This document shows, piece after piece, positions 43,032 to 54,193 of a stretch of 64,000 bases of DNA. The first letter of the stretch is position 1. Each line of letters begins with the position of its first letter. The stretch comes from Deltaproteobacteria bacterium. GTDB lineage: Bacteria > Myxococcota_A > Polyangia > Polyangiales > Houyiibacteriaceae. The stretch covers positions 192,001 to 256,000 of the forward strand of contig JAXMNT010000004.1 in assembly GCA_034670305.1 (NCBI GenBank). The letters are read 5' to 3'. A program made the position numbers and the translations under genes. The notes under the pieces are model-generated. The model did no database searches. It saw only the letters and a program-made list of their open reading frames with translations, and was not told the origin of the DNA.

Positions 43032-46000
43032 TCAGAACGTCTTGAGCACTTCGACGAGCGCAGCGAGGCGCGCGGACGCGTCTTCGTCGCCGATGGCGCC
43101 GAGGAGCGATTCGATCTCGGCGCGCGCGTCGGCGCAGACCGTTCGCAGGCTTCCGACGTCCCGCTCGAACATGGAAGCGCGCGAGAGCGCGTCTTCGAGC
43201 GCCGCCTCACGGTCCGCCAGGCGTTTTTCGAGCCGGCCGAGTTCATCCACCGCGTCGGGGGTCTGCTGGAGACTCGCGACCTGGTCTTCGGAGGCGCGCC
43301 GCGCGTCCTGCGCGTGGCGCAGCTCTTCGCGAAGGCGCTCCACCCGCTCCTGCAGTTCCAGCAGTGTGCGACGCGCGTCTTCGTCATCGCCCGATCCGCT
43401 GCCGCCTTCGGCCAACCGGCGCTCGAGCGCGCGGATGCGGTCGTTGCGTTCCTCAAGCTGAGCCGTCAACGATCGGAGCAAGGTGTCCTTGTCGTCGATC
43501 TCGCGGCGCAGCCGGTCCGAGCCATCCTCGGTCGCGTCTGGCGCTTCCAGGCCCACCGCGGTGATGTCGGATCGGACCGGTTGCTGTGGTTGCTGCTCAG
43601 CCCGCCAGGCGTCGAGCGTACGACGCAGCAGGTGCAGTGACTCCACTTGCGCGTCGCGATCTCGGAGCAGGGTGTCCACGCGCTGGACGAGCGCATCGCG
43701 CTCCGCCTGCAGGCCCTGCAGTTCCGAGTCCGCCCCGTCGACCGCTTGGTCGCGTGCCGTTTCCGCTGCGGTGAGCGCGTCGACCGCTTCCTTCAGCGCC
43801 GCCTCGGCCGCCAACTTGTCCGCCTGGGCTGCGTCGTTCGCGGCTTGATGATCTTTGGCCGCCTTGCGCAAACCGTCGATCTCACGCGCCAGCGCGTCCG
43901 CGCGCTCCACCGCGCCGGAGGCATCGACGAGCGCTTCGCGGAGCCGGTCCCGTTCGTCGCGCACCCGCTCGAGCCGCTGGTCGAACGTGCGGCGCTGCTG
44001 CTCTTCCTCGGCCAGGTCCATCTGCAGTCGAGTGACCAGCGCATCGCGCGACGCGACCGCCGCCACCAAATCGCGGGCCCGCGCTTCGGCTTCGCTCTTC
44101 CCCATTTGGAGATCGCCGGCGGCCAGGGTCAGTTCTGCTTCGGTGGTCCGCAACGTCGCGACTTCATCCCGCAGACGATCGAGTTCATCGAGCGTCTTGG
44201 GCGAGACCGGGGCTTTCGTCAGCGCAAGCAACGACGCCTCGCGATCCGCCAGGCGCAGCCGCAGCCCTTCCCGCTCCCCGCGCAATCCCTGAAGTTCGTC
44301 GCTGACGCGTGCGAGCTCGCCTTCGATCGCTTCGTCGGTGCCGGTCGCGGATTCTCCGCTGGCGGTGCCTGGCTCCGCGCTGAGCATCGCGATGCGCATC
44401 TCGTACCCCATGCGGAGTCCTTCGACGCGGGTCTCGAGATTGCTGAGCTGAGCCATCAGCCGCAGCGTCTCGGCGCGGGCTCGGTCGCGCTCTTGCTCCG
44501 CGTCCGCGCGGCCTTCGCGGGCGAGCAGGAGCTGCCCGGTGAGCTGTCCGACGCGGGCCGAGAGCTTTCGCTCCGACTCCCGCAGCGCCGCCACTTCGGC
44601 TTCGGAACGCTGGCTCGGCAGACTGGGGGTGGGGGCACCGCGCTCGCGGATCATCGCGAGCTCGAGCTGCTCGCGCGCGTCGCCGAGAGAAGCCTCCGTC
44701 TGGCGCAGCTTCTCCACCCGATCTTCGAGATCGAGTTTGGCCACTGCCAGGCGCGCTTCCGCGAGCGCTCGAAGTTCTTCGATCTCCGCCGCGCGCGCTC
44801 GAAGCCCACGGACCCTTCCCGAGAGCTCTGCCTGTGCCGTACGGAGCGCTTCGAGCGCTGCGTCTCGTTCGAGCAGCGTCGTGCGCAGCTCGTCAACCGA
44901 CAGCTCCGCTTCGGTGCGCTCGAGCTCCCGGGTCAGTCGGCTGACCGGCGCGCCGGCGGCTGCCTCGCCCGCGGTCTCGCCAGCGGCCACTGCGTCTGCC
45001 AGCACCGCGCTTCGACGACCGAGCTGATGCTCCCGCAGCTCTTCGACCACATCTCGGAGCACGAGCCGGACCGAACCGACCTCCGCTTCGAGCGCCCGCA
45101 CATGAGACGCGCGGTCGCGGAGTTTTTGTTCGAGTTCCGCCACATCGGACGCCACGGAGAAGTCTTCGACCCGCGCGTCGGCCGGGGCGTCGGGCCGCAG
45201 CCCCGCCACCACGTCGGCCACCACATCGCTTACCGGCGCGACGTCGCCGAGATCGATCTCGGCGCTGTCGAGTGCTGGCGGTGCATCCGTCAACGCGGCC
45301 CGCGCTTCGGCCAGTTCGCCTTCGGTGGTGATCAGCCGAGCTTGCGCTTGCTCCAAACGGCTCTCGGCGCGGTCGAGTGCTTCGCGAAGCGCATCCACCT
45401 CGCGACGGCGCGCCGTGAGCGCTTCCTCCATCTCGGAAGGTTCCGTGGCGTCGGCTTCCGAGGCCTCGTCGTTGGGGAGTTGCACGACGAGGTACGGATC
45501 GGTCGGAGGCAGCTCGTCGGCTGCCATCCCGAACACGAACGTCAGGTCCTCGGTCTCGCTGCCGAGCAGCGACCCATCGACGCACACCTCTTCGGCATGG
45601 CCCGCGGTGAGGTCCGCCAGCGCCACGCCCCGAAATGCGGCCTGACCCAGCACCCGGACTTCTCGGAACGCGGTCTGGAGCTGGCTCTGCAAGTTGGCGA
45701 GCGCCGCGTCGTCTCCGACCCGGGTGCCCACCACCAGCACACCGTCCGCCAGGATCGCCGAGAGCTCGGCAAACCGATCCTCCGGATGATCGAGACACTC
45801 GATGTCCGCCACGACCACGAGATCGAAGCTGCCCGCTTGGAATGAGAGGCGGCCGGGGCGGTAGAGCGACACGCGGGCGGCCCCACCCCGTCGGCGGCGG
45901 CCACGGCCCGAGGTGTCGAGCACCCGGACCACGTCGGCGAAGGACGCGAGTTGATCCGCACCTGCGCCGGCGTCACCGATCCACAACACCCGCCGTCCGC

Positions 46001-46067
46001 TCGCCAAGGGCGCAAGAAACACGGAGAGCGCGAGGTCGTTCATCGGAGGTGGCCCGAGCGTGGTCAT
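43032..46067 (-). CDS. Degenerate class I methyltransferase-like domain fused to a very long coiled coil
   Basis: [28 protein letters not shown], then several hundred aa of E/R/A/L heptads; start ATG 46067 or 46043. Confidence 0.7.
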   Translation of the reverse strand: MTTLGPPPMNDLALSVFLAPLASGRRVLWIGDAGAGADQLASFADVVRVLDTSGRGRRRRGGAARVSLYRPGRLSFQAGSFDLVVVADIECLDHPEDRFAELSAILADGVLVVGTRVGDDAALANLQSQLQTAFREVRVLGQAAFRGVALADLTAGHAEEVCVDGSLLGSETEDLTFVFGMAADELPPTDPYLVVQLPNDEASEADATEPSEMEEALTARRREVDALREALDRAESRLEQAQARLITTEGELAEARAALTDAPPALDSAEIDLGDVAPVSDVVADVVAGLRPDAPADARVEDFSVASDVAELEQKLRDRASHVRALEAEVGSVRLVLRDVVEELREHQLGRRSAVLADAVAAGETAGEAAAGAPVSRLTRELERTEAELSVDELRTTLLERDAALEALRTAQAELSGRVRGLRARAAEIEELRALAEARLAVAKLDLEDRVEKLRQTEASLGDAREQLELAMIRERGAPTPSLPSQRSEAEVAALRESERKLSARVGQLTGQLLLAREGRADAEQERDRARAETLRLMAQLSNLETRVEGLRMGYEMRIAMLSAEPGTASGESATGTDEAIEGELARVSDELQGLRGEREGLRLRLADREASLLALTKAPVSPKTLDELDRLRDEVATLRTTEAELTLAAGDLQMGKSEAEARARDLVAAVASRDALVTRLQMDLAEEEQQRRTFDQRLERVRDERDRLREALVDASGAVERADALAREIDGLRKAAKDHQAANDAAQADKLAAEAALKEAVDALTAAETARDQAVDGADSELQGLQAERDALVQRVDTLLRDRDAQVESLHLLRRTLDAWRAEQQPQQPVRSDITAVGLEAPDATEDGSDRLRREIDDKDTLLRSLTAQLEERNDRIRALERRLAEGGSGSGDDEDARRTLLELQERVERLREELRHAQDARRASEDQVASLQQTPDAVDELGRLEKRLADREAALEDALSRASMFERDVGSLRTVCADARAEIESLLGAIGDEDASARLAALVEVLKTF

Positions 46068-46221
46068 GCGCGGGGGTAGTAATAGTCGCGTCTGATTCGC
46101 AGGGTCAACGACGACGTTGACGGATCGCCCGTTTGTTTTCAGGCTCCGGACCGCAGTCGCTGGCCCCACATCGCGATTCCAGAGGTTGGGGAGGAGGCCG
46201 GAGGGGCCTTGCCCCGCACGC

Positions 46222-46249
46222 CCGAGGGGGATGCGCCCATCCCCCTCGG
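46222..46249. repeat. Perfect 12-bp hairpin in a divergent intergenic region
   Basis: CCGAGGGGGATG-CGCC-CATCCCCCTCGG. Confidence 0.7.
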
Positions 46250-46335
46250 ACGACAAACGCCCGCCGAATCTCCGAAGCCGCACTTCTCGACCGTTTGGGG
46301 TCGCGGGCACCGAGGTCGGTCGCTACATTTCGCCC

Positions 46336-49300
46336 GTGACCGCCGCCACCCGGGTCCAGCGCCAGCTGGGCCGATTTCGTCGACGCGCGCGCGCCCTCGT
46401 CGGCGTGCGTGCCGTGCTGGTCGCGCTCGCGATCGGTGCGGTCGGGTTCTTCGCCGCGAGTTGGATGGTCGGGCCGACCATCGGCTGGGCCGGCAGCATC
46501 ACCGCGTGGACGCTCGTCTCCGGTGCGTCACTCGCTGGATTCTGGTGGGCCATCCGACCGATCCGCGGCCTCGGAGGACCGGGCGCGACTCGACTGATCC
46601 GGCCCGTGGACGCGTCCCTCGCGTCCATGACCCGCTCCGCGCTCGAGTTCGCGAGCCCGTCGGTGCCGGCCGACTCGAGCGATCTCGTGCGCGCCCACCT
46701 GCGTTCGGTGGACGTGCGCCTGGCGGCGTTGGCACCAGAAGTCGTCGTGCCCGTTCAGACGGCCGATCGCCGCTGGCTGCTCGGCGCGGTGCTCGTGCTG
46801 GCCCTGTCGGTCGGTGGATTGTTCGGCGTCGACCGAGCCATGTCCGGCGCCTTCGCGCTGCTCAACCCGGCCGCTCGCGAAGGCACGACCCGCGTCGCCA
46901 GCATCGGCGCCGACGTGACCGCCCACCTCAGGTTCCCCGCGTACATGGGCCGGGACCCCGTCGACGTCGAAGGCGCCCGCATCGAAGCACCGCGCGGCAC
47001 CCTCGTTCGATGGTCGATGCGCGCGCGCGTGCCGCTCGTCTCGGCCACGCTCACCACACCCGAAGGGCCCGTCCGGCTCTCCGCCGACCCCGCCAACGGA
47101 CCGGAACGTTGGGGCGCGAGTTTCGTGGTTCGGGAATCGGGTCCGTTGACCTTGGTCGGCGTGGACACCGAAGGCGACGCGCTGCAAGACGCGACCGTGC
47201 GTGCGCTCGTTGTCGAAGTCGACGCCGCACCGAACGTCCGCATCGTCCGCCCAGAAGAAGACTTGGTGCTCGAACCCGGGTCCACGATGCGGTTCGAGGT
47301 CGAAGCCAGCGACGATCACCAACTCGGCGACGTAGAGCTGGTCGTGGGCATGCCCGGCGGTGCGGAACGCCGCCTTCCCTTTCCCGCATTCGACGTGGAC
47401 GCGAATGGTGCACTGCAGATCACTCGGCTCGGCCCCACCAGCGGTTCGGCTCCGCTTGATCCGAACGCGCCGCCGGACGACTTGCTCCGCGACCTCCTCG
47501 GCACGACGCCGACCCAGCCCGCACTGCCTTCCTTTCGTGGGGAGGTCTCGCTCGACCCGATGGCGCTTGGGGCCCGCGCCGGCGACATGCTCCGGGTCTG
47601 GGCGGAAGCGAGCGACCGCGACGACGTGGCCGGGCCGAACATCGGGCGCTCGGGCGAGATTCGGATCGAGGTGGCGTCCGAAGCCACGCATCGAGAAGAA
47701 CGCATCGGCACACTGAGCGAGGTCCTGGATGCGGCACTCGCCGCGCTCGCCGATCGGCTCGAGCGGCCGGTGCCGCGCGCCGAAGCGGAAGCCCGCACCC
47801 GACACGAACGCGTCGACGCTTCGGCACAGTCGCTCGCGGACGGACTCGAGACGCTTCGTGAGATGGGCCTGGACCCGACGCACGCAGCGCTCGTGCCGGA
47901 GATGATCCGAGATCTTCGCCGCGCGCGCTTCGCGGAGAAGCGGGTCGTGGGCACGACCCTTGGCCCGCACGCGGCTCGAGAGCGGGTGGACGCCGCGCTC
48001 GTCGAGGTGCTCGAAGATCAGTCGCTCCAGCTCTCCGACCTGCTCGGCGCCGCGAAGATCGAAGACGCCGCGGCGATCGCACGCGAGCTCGAAGACCTGC
48101 GGCGGGAGATGGCGTCGCTGCTGGCCGAGGTCCGCAGGACCGACTCCCCCGAAGCGCGGGAAGCTCTGATGGCCGCGTTGCACCGCGCGCAACGCCGCAT
48201 GCAGGAGTTGCGGGCTCGCCTCGCCGCGATGAGCGAAGACGTGCCCGGCGAGTTCCTGAACATGGATGCGCTGCCGCAAGACGAAGCCGAAGCTGCGCTC
48301 GACGGCCTCGACGAAGCGCTGGAGCGCGGAGACATGGACGCCGCGGCCCGGTACCTGCTCGACCTCGAGCGGGAGATCGACGCCCTCGCCCGCTCGTTGA
48401 ACTCGGCCGAAGAAGGATTCGAAGCCGAGCGGTTCGGCCCGCGTCAACGCGCGATGGCGGATGCGCTCGACCGCCTCGCGGGCATCGAAGCCGAAGAGCG
48501 CACCCTTGCGGAGCGTTCCGACGAAGTCCGGCGCGCGGCCGCGGAGAGCGCGCTCGAAGCCGCTGGACAGAGCACCGCCGACTCCGCGCGTGCGTTGGCC
48601 GAGCGGGCCGCCGAGGTGCGTGCCGCGCTGGACGAGGTGCCCACTGCGCCACTGGGTCCGGTGGACCGAGAGACACTCGAGCGGGCGCGGCAGCGGCTGA
48701 TCGACACCGAAGACGCGCTGCGGGCCGGCGACCTCGGCGAAGCGCGGGCCATGGCCGAGGAGGCCGGCAGCGATGCGACCCGGTTGGCGCGCGATCTCGA
48801 ACTCTCGTCGATGATGTTCGCGGGTCGTCGGGGGGAAGTGCGGCGCGCGGCGCAGGAGGCCGCCGAGGCCGCATCGCAGGCGCGCGAACTCGGGGAACGC
48901 CTCGACGACTCGTTGCCTCGACTGAGCGAGTACATCGATCGCGCCTCTCGGGAACAGCTGCGCGCCGATGCGGAGCGGCAGCAGCGGGCCAACGGCGCCG
49001 CGGAGAGTTTGCAGGAAGCGTTCAACGCCGAGCCGGACGGAGCACCGCTCTCACCGGAAGGTGCCGAAGCGATGGAAGCGATCCGCGAATCGATGCGGGC
49101 GGCACGCCAAGCCCTGCAGCGGGGCGAGCCGGTCGGCGCTGCGCGGGCCCAGCACGAAGCGGCGCGCCGGCTGACCGAGCTCCGAGAAGAACTCGAGAAG
49201 GATCAGTCCCCGAGCGGCGGCGGTGGCGAGGGCGACGGCGAACGGCAACCGACCGAACGGGTCCGCATCCCCGGCGCGGAAGAAGCGGAGGGGGTCTCCG

Positions 49301-49395
49301 AGCTTCGACGCCGACTCCTCGATGCGATGCGCGAAGGCGCCCCACGTGGCTACGAGGACGCCGTCCGCCACTACTACGAAGGACTGCTCCGATGA
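46336..49395 (+). CDS. DUF4175-like membrane-anchored Ig-like plus coiled-coil protein
   Basis: N-terminal TMs, FPAYMG, DAAPNVRIVRP, ASDDHQL, AEASDRD..GPNIG, long coil, APRGYEDAVRHYYEGL; GTG start inferred. Confidence 0.72.
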   Translation: MTAATRVQRQLGRFRRRARALVGVRAVLVALAIGAVGFFAASWMVGPTIGWAGSITAWTLVSGASLAGFWWAIRPIRGLGGPGATRLIRPVDASLASMTRSALEFASPSVPADSSDLVRAHLRSVDVRLAALAPEVVVPVQTADRRWLLGAVLVLALSVGGLFGVDRAMSGAFALLNPAAREGTTRVASIGADVTAHLRFPAYMGRDPVDVEGARIEAPRGTLVRWSMRARVPLVSATLTTPEGPVRLSADPANGPERWGASFVVRESGPLTLVGVDTEGDALQDATVRALVVEVDAAPNVRIVRPEEDLVLEPGSTMRFEVEASDDHQLGDVELVVGMPGGAERRLPFPAFDVDANGALQITRLGPTSGSAPLDPNAPPDDLLRDLLGTTPTQPALPSFRGEVSLDPMALGARAGDMLRVWAEASDRDDVAGPNIGRSGEIRIEVASEATHREERIGTLSEVLDAALAALADRLERPVPRAEAEARTRHERVDASAQSLADGLETLREMGLDPTHAALVPEMIRDLRRARFAEKRVVGTTLGPHAARERVDAALVEVLEDQSLQLSDLLGAAKIEDAAAIARELEDLRREMASLLAEVRRTDSPEAREALMAALHRAQRRMQELRARLAAMSEDVPGEFLNMDALPQDEAEAALDGLDEALERGDMDAAARYLLDLEREIDALARSLNSAEEGFEAERFGPRQRAMADALDRLAGIEAEERTLAERSDEVRRAAAESALEAAGQSTADSARALAERAAEVRAALDEVPTAPLGPVDRETLERARQRLIDTEDALRAGDLGEARAMAEEAGSDATRLARDLELSSMMFAGRRGEVRRAAQEAAEAASQARELGERLDDSLPRLSEYIDRASREQLRADAERQQRANGAAESLQEAFNAEPDGAPLSPEGAEAMEAIRESMRAARQALQRGEPVGAARAQHEAARRLTELREELEKDQSPSGGGGEGDGERQPTERVRIPGAEEAEGVSELRRRLLDAMREGAPRGYEDAVRHYYEGLLR

Positions 49396-50972
49396 GGCGC
49401 GCCGCCCAGGTGTTCGTCTTGTTCGCGCTGTGCGCGGTCTCGGGCCCCGCGTGGGCGCTCGGCCGCGCCGACGTGGCAGCCCTCAACGCCGGCCATCTGG
49501 CGCTGCGCGAACTCCGGGTAGAAGACGCTGCCCGCAGCAGCGCGGCCCTCCTTGCCCGCCTTCCCACGGACCCGGATGTGCTCTCGCTCGCCGCCCAAGT
49601 CGACTTCCACCAGGGGCGCTACGCCCTGGCCGTGGAGCGTCTCGAAGCGTCGCTCGCATCACGCGCCCCGCGGACCGGAGACGAGGGCGACCCGCGCGCT
49701 TGGCTGCTCGAGTTGTTCCGCTCCACGCACGACGCGACGGCTTCGTTCGTGGAAGCGCGCAGCGACGACGGTCGCTACATCGTGCGCCACGCGCCCGGCC
49801 GCGACCGCCACCTGGTCCCCTACGTCCTGCGGGCACTCGAGGGCTCCGACGCCGCGATGCAGGATGAACTCGGCATTCGACTCCCGGGACCGATCCGCGT
49901 CGAGATCCTCCCGAACGCAGACGAGCTCGCGAAGGTCAGCACGCTGACCGAGGAGGCCATCGCCACCACCGGCACCATCGCGCTGTGCAAGTGGGACAAG
50001 CTGATGGTGACCAGCCCACGGGCACTGCTCCGCGGCTACCCATGGATGGACACCATCGCGCACGAGTTCGTGCACCTCGCGCTCAGCCGCGCGTCGCACG
50101 ACCACGCGCCAGTCTGGTTTCAAGAGGGCATGGCGAAGTTCCTCGAACGCCGCTGGCGTGAACCCGAGGCGACCGAACACTTGCACCCGGCGGCCCTCGG
50201 CCTGCTCGTCCGCGCGGTGCGCGAACGCGGGCTGCTTCCATTCGACCGCATCCATCCCTCGATCGCGCTCTTGCCCTCTCAGGAAGATGCGGCGCTCGCG
50301 TTCGCTCAGGTCTCGACGTTCGTCGCGCGGTTCCACACCGCGTACGGCAAAGCGGGCATCCAGGCGGCCATCGCGCGGATGGCGGAAGGCGAAGACGCCC
50401 GGGTCGCCCTCGCTGGCGTGGCGTCGGTTTCCTGGGAAGAACTCGAGTCCCGATGGAAGCGCTCCCTCCAGGCACTTCGCGGAGGCGACGCACCCCCGCT
50501 TCTCCCGCGACAGCTCCGCGGCGGCGCCTCCGAAGAACAGGCCGAGGCCCAACAGGTGGCGCAGGCGGCGCGCCGCAACTTGCGGCTCGGCGACCTCCTC
50601 TGGGCCCGCCGGCGCTACGGCGCGGCTGCGGTCGAGTACGGCCGGGCGTTGGAGGCGGCACCGGGCGACCCACGCATCGCTTCGCGCATGGCCGCCGCCT
50701 CCCTCGAAGCGGGCCGGCCCGCCGACGCGGTGGCCGCGCTCGCGCCGATCGTCGATCGGTACCCGGATCACGCGCCGAGCTTGGCGGTGCTCGCCCGCGC
50801 GTACCGAGAGACCGGGGACCGCGAACGCGCCGAAGCCACCGCCCGCGCGGCGCTGCGACTCAACCCCTTCGACCCCTCCCCCCACTGCGACCTGGCCGCC
50901 GTGGCCACCGACGACGCCACACGCGCCCTAGAAGCCCGCCAGTGCACCGCGCTCGGCGGCTCGATTCCCTAA
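49392..50972 (+). CDS. Secreted TPR / peptidase MA-like gluzincin
   Basis: Signal peptide; [18 protein letters not shown]-like flanks; ATGA overlap. Confidence 0.8.
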   Translation: MRRAAQVFVLFALCAVSGPAWALGRADVAALNAGHLALRELRVEDAARSSAALLARLPTDPDVLSLAAQVDFHQGRYALAVERLEASLASRAPRTGDEGDPRAWLLELFRSTHDATASFVEARSDDGRYIVRHAPGRDRHLVPYVLRALEGSDAAMQDELGIRLPGPIRVEILPNADELAKVSTLTEEAIATTGTIALCKWDKLMVTSPRALLRGYPWMDTIAHEFVHLALSRASHDHAPVWFQEGMAKFLERRWREPEATEHLHPAALGLLVRAVRERGLLPFDRIHPSIALLPSQEDAALAFAQVSTFVARFHTAYGKAGIQAAIARMAEGEDARVALAGVASVSWEELESRWKRSLQALRGGDAPPLLPRQLRGGASEEQAEAQQVAQAARRNLRLGDLLWARRRYGAAAVEYGRALEAAPGDPRIASRMAAASLEAGRPADAVAALAPIVDRYPDHAPSLAVLARAYRETGDRERAEATARAALRLNPFDPSPHCDLAAVATDDATRALEARQCTALGGSIP

Positions 50973-50980
50973 GGGCGTTC

Positions 50981-51235
50981 GGCAAGCGGCAGCGGCAGCG
51001 GCGTCGGCGTCGGCGTCCAGATTCGGCTTCGGCTTCGGATTCGGCTTCGGCATCGGCTTCGGCATCGGCTTCGGCATCGGCTTCGGCATCGGCTTCGGCA
51101 TCGGCTTCGGCATCGGCTTCGGCATCGGCTTCGGCATCGGCTTCGGCATCGGCATCGGCTTCGGCATCGGCTTCGGCATCAGCATCGGCATCGGCTTCGG
51201 CTTCGGCATCGGCATCGGCTTCGGCATCGTCGGCT
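50981..51235. repeat. Intergenic hexamer array (TCGGCT/TCGGCA)n preceded by GCGGCA units
   Basis: Direct read. Confidence 0.93.
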
Positions 51236-51337
51236 GCTTGTTCGCGCACTCCAGGTCAAGGGCCGAACGGAAGTTGCGCAGTGAGTTCGCCCGTTCCGCG
51301 ACTTGTGCAGGGCGACCGGGCGTGCGTAGATCGGGTC

Positions 51338-54193
51338 ATGGACGCTCCCGTCTGCCCAGCGTGTGGCTTCGAGAACCCCCGCGCTTGGCGCGCTTGCGCG
51401 AGCTGTGGCCGCGCCCTCGGCTCCGATGCCCGCCCCGTCACCGTGACCGGGCATGGCCCGTCGGCCTCCGATCGAACCCAGGTCACCGCAGCCCCCGACT
51501 TCGATCCGAACGCGGGCTTCGCCGAAGAAGCGTTCGCCTCGACCGAAGAGGTCGAGGTCGAGCTGGATCCGGCCGAAGAAGAGGGTCCTGGCGAGATCCC
51601 CCTCATCGGCCAGACGGCCGCCGCAGACGCCATCCAAACCGGCATCGAACGCGCGTTCACCGTCGGCGCGCCGACCTTGGTCGCGCTCGAAGGCGGACGC
51701 GGTTCGGGCCGCACCCGCCTGCTCATCTTCGCGAGCGAGATCGCGGCGCGCATGGCCGACAAGGTCCGCGTGCAATACGCCGCCTGCCGCGAAGGCGGAG
51801 ACGGCGCGTACGCGCCCTTCTCACGCATGTTGCTGGAGCGCTTCGGCGTGACGCCGGCGTCCTCGCCGAGCGCCGTGCGCGCGCAGATGACGACCACGGT
51901 GCGCAACGCGCTGCAGACCAGCGACGCGATCGAAGTGGGTCAGGTCACGCATCTGCTCGGTCACATGGCCGGCATCCCCTTTCCGGACAGCCCCTTCCTG
52001 ACGCCGCTGCAGGACGACCCGGCGGAGCTCCATGCCCGCGCCATCCGCGCACTGGCCCGACTGACCGAGGGCGACGGGCAAGCGCGCCCGGTGCTGCTGC
52101 TTCTCGACAACATGCACTTCGCAGAAGACGCCGCTTGGGATGTCGTCGAGGCACTCACCAAGACGGACGCCCACCTCGCGATCATCATCGCGGGCGGCCC
52201 CAACATCGCTGAGCGTGCCGAGGCCCTCGAGCCCGCCGGTGGTTTGGCGATTGGCCCCATCGCGCCGCTCTCCGAACAAGATGTGCATGCGACGTTGCAC
52301 GTGCTCTTGCCGACCTTGGTGTCGGCGCCCGAGCCCCTCGTCGCCGCGGTCACGCACCGGACGAAAGGCAACCCGAGCGCGGTGCGCGAGCTTGTGTTCG
52401 CGCTCTGGGAGGCCGGGCTCTTTCTCCAGGGCCCGAACGGGCTCGAAGTCGACCTGCATCGTCTCGAGAGCGGCGACCTACCCGTCACGATGGAAGACGC
52501 GGTGCAAGCGCGCATCGCCCGACTCGACGCACTCGAACGCGCCACCCTCGATCGCGCCAGCGTGATCGGTGAGGTGTTCTGGGACGGTGCGATCCTCGGA
52601 CAGATGCGTTCCGAGCGCACCTCGCCCGGAACCGAAGAAGACCCGCTCAGCGTGTGGCCGGACGACGACGACGCCATGGCGCTCGCGCATGCGCTGCGTC
52701 GGCTCCAGGAAAAGGGATTCATCCTCGCCTCCGACAGCTCGGACTTGCCTGGCGCGCAGGAGTTCCAGTTCGCCCTGCAAGGCACCCGAGAGCTCGTGTA
52801 CGACGCGCTCAACGAAGAGATCCGGATCAAGCGCCACGGTTCCGTTGCGCGCTGGCTCGCACTCGTAGGCACGCTTCGCCGAGAGGGCGTGGCCGCCATG
52901 ATCGCACCGCACCTCGAGCGTGCGGGCGAGAAGGCCCGCGCCGGGCGCGCGTACCTCGAAGCGGCGGTGTACGAGCGTACCAACCTGCGCACCCGTCCGG
53001 CGTTGAAGTACATCGAGCGCGCGCTCGACCATCTCCCGAGCGAGGACATCGTGCGGCGAATCGAAGCGCTGCACGAACACGGCTCGCTGCTCGCGATGCT
53101 CGGCCGCAACGACGAAGCGGCCCGCGCGTTTGGCGAGATGCTCAAACTCGCGTGGCGGGTGGGCGCGCGTGGCAAAGGCGGCGCGGCGCTGAACCGCCTG
53201 GCGCGCGTCGAGCGGGCCCGGGGCGAAGAAGAGCGCGGACGTGCGCTGCTGAACCGCGCGCTCGAACTGTTTCGATCCGCGGCCGATCTCCGAGGGGTCG
53301 CTTCCACGCTCGACGACCTCGCCCAGATCGGGCTGCTTCGGGGCGAGACGGAAGAAGCAGTGAAGTTCGCCACCGAGGCGCTCGAGATCCGTCGGGCCCA
53401 CGGCGACCAACGGGGCGAAGCGGTGTCGCTCACGACGCTTGGGCAGCTCGAGCTCCACCGCGGCAACCTCGACGCCGCCGAGCAGCTGCTTCGGCTCTCG
53501 CTCGACATCCGCCAGCGCATCGGCGACCGAGAAGGCATTCTCAAGACGCACAACGGTCTGGGTGTCGTCGCGTACCAGCGCGGCGACCGCGGTGCCGCCG
53601 TCCGAGCGTGGCGGGCCGCGCTCGAGCAGGCGAAAGAGATGGCCGACCGGCGCGCCGAGTGTTTCCTCTGGAACAACGTCGGAGAAGCGCGCCTCATGGA
53701 TGGTGCCTTTGACGAAGCCGAGGTTGCGCTCGAACGCGCGCTGGAGCTCGCCGAGGACCACGGCGACAAACGCGCGCGGGCGGATGTGATGCGCAACCTC
53801 GGCATGCTCGCGATGCGACGCGGCGACGACGACGCGGGCTCACGGATGGAGCGGGCCTTCGAAGCGGCCGAAGAGTACGGCGGCGCGCTGGCCCTCGGCC
53901 TGATGCACCGCGCGCTCGGGCAACTCCGCGCGCAGACCCTCTTCGACACCGACGGCGCGGGCGCCAGCCTCGCGGAAGAGAGTTTCCTCTCGAGCATCGA
54001 TCTGTTCCGGCAGGTCGGAAACGAACACGAAGCCGCCCGAACGCTCGTGGAGTTCGCGAAACACTTGGTGGAGCGCGGCGATGTGGATCAGGCCAAGGAG
54101 CGGCTGCGTGAAGCGCGCGCGACCTTCCGCCGCATGGGCTTGACCGAAGCAGCCATGACCACCGACGAGTCTCTCTCCGACCTCGGCGGGTGA
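51338..54193 (+). CDS. Zinc-ribbon / STAND (AAA_16-like) NTPase / TPR protein
   Basis: CPACG..CASCG; GGRGSGRT Walker A variant; LLLDNMHFA Walker B; GNP; long TPR array. Confidence 0.85.
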   Translation: MDAPVCPACGFENPRAWRACASCGRALGSDARPVTVTGHGPSASDRTQVTAAPDFDPNAGFAEEAFASTEEVEVELDPAEEEGPGEIPLIGQTAAADAIQTGIERAFTVGAPTLVALEGGRGSGRTRLLIFASEIAARMADKVRVQYAACREGGDGAYAPFSRMLLERFGVTPASSPSAVRAQMTTTVRNALQTSDAIEVGQVTHLLGHMAGIPFPDSPFLTPLQDDPAELHARAIRALARLTEGDGQARPVLLLLDNMHFAEDAAWDVVEALTKTDAHLAIIIAGGPNIAERAEALEPAGGLAIGPIAPLSEQDVHATLHVLLPTLVSAPEPLVAAVTHRTKGNPSAVRELVFALWEAGLFLQGPNGLEVDLHRLESGDLPVTMEDAVQARIARLDALERATLDRASVIGEVFWDGAILGQMRSERTSPGTEEDPLSVWPDDDDAMALAHALRRLQEKGFILASDSSDLPGAQEFQFALQGTRELVYDALNEEIRIKRHGSVARWLALVGTLRREGVAAMIAPHLERAGEKARAGRAYLEAAVYERTNLRTRPALKYIERALDHLPSEDIVRRIEALHEHGSLLAMLGRNDEAARAFGEMLKLAWRVGARGKGGAALNRLARVERARGEEERGRALLNRALELFRSAADLRGVASTLDDLAQIGLLRGETEEAVKFATEALEIRRAHGDQRGEAVSLTTLGQLELHRGNLDAAEQLLRLSLDIRQRIGDREGILKTHNGLGVVAYQRGDRGAAVRAWRAALEQAKEMADRRAECFLWNNVGEARLMDGAFDEAEVALERALELAEDHGDKRARADVMRNLGMLAMRRGDDDAGSRMERAFEAAEEYGGALALGLMHRALGQLRAQTLFDTDGAGASLAEESFLSSIDLFRQVGNEHEAARTLVEFAKHLVERGDVDQAKERLREARATFRRMGLTEAAMTTDESLSDLGG

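Noticed and set aside
42732-43640. ORF with GI/GF repeats after groEL
   Set aside because: It starts at the terminator, runs through the hexamer array and is antisense to the coiled-coil gene.
43032-46067. SMC protein
   Set aside because: No Walker A/B or LSGG signature and no hinge; coiled coil only.
50453-51337. N-terminal extension of the STAND protein including (SA)n
   Set aside because: It overlaps the peptidase gene in another frame; ATG 51338 directly before the Zn ribbon is the natural start.
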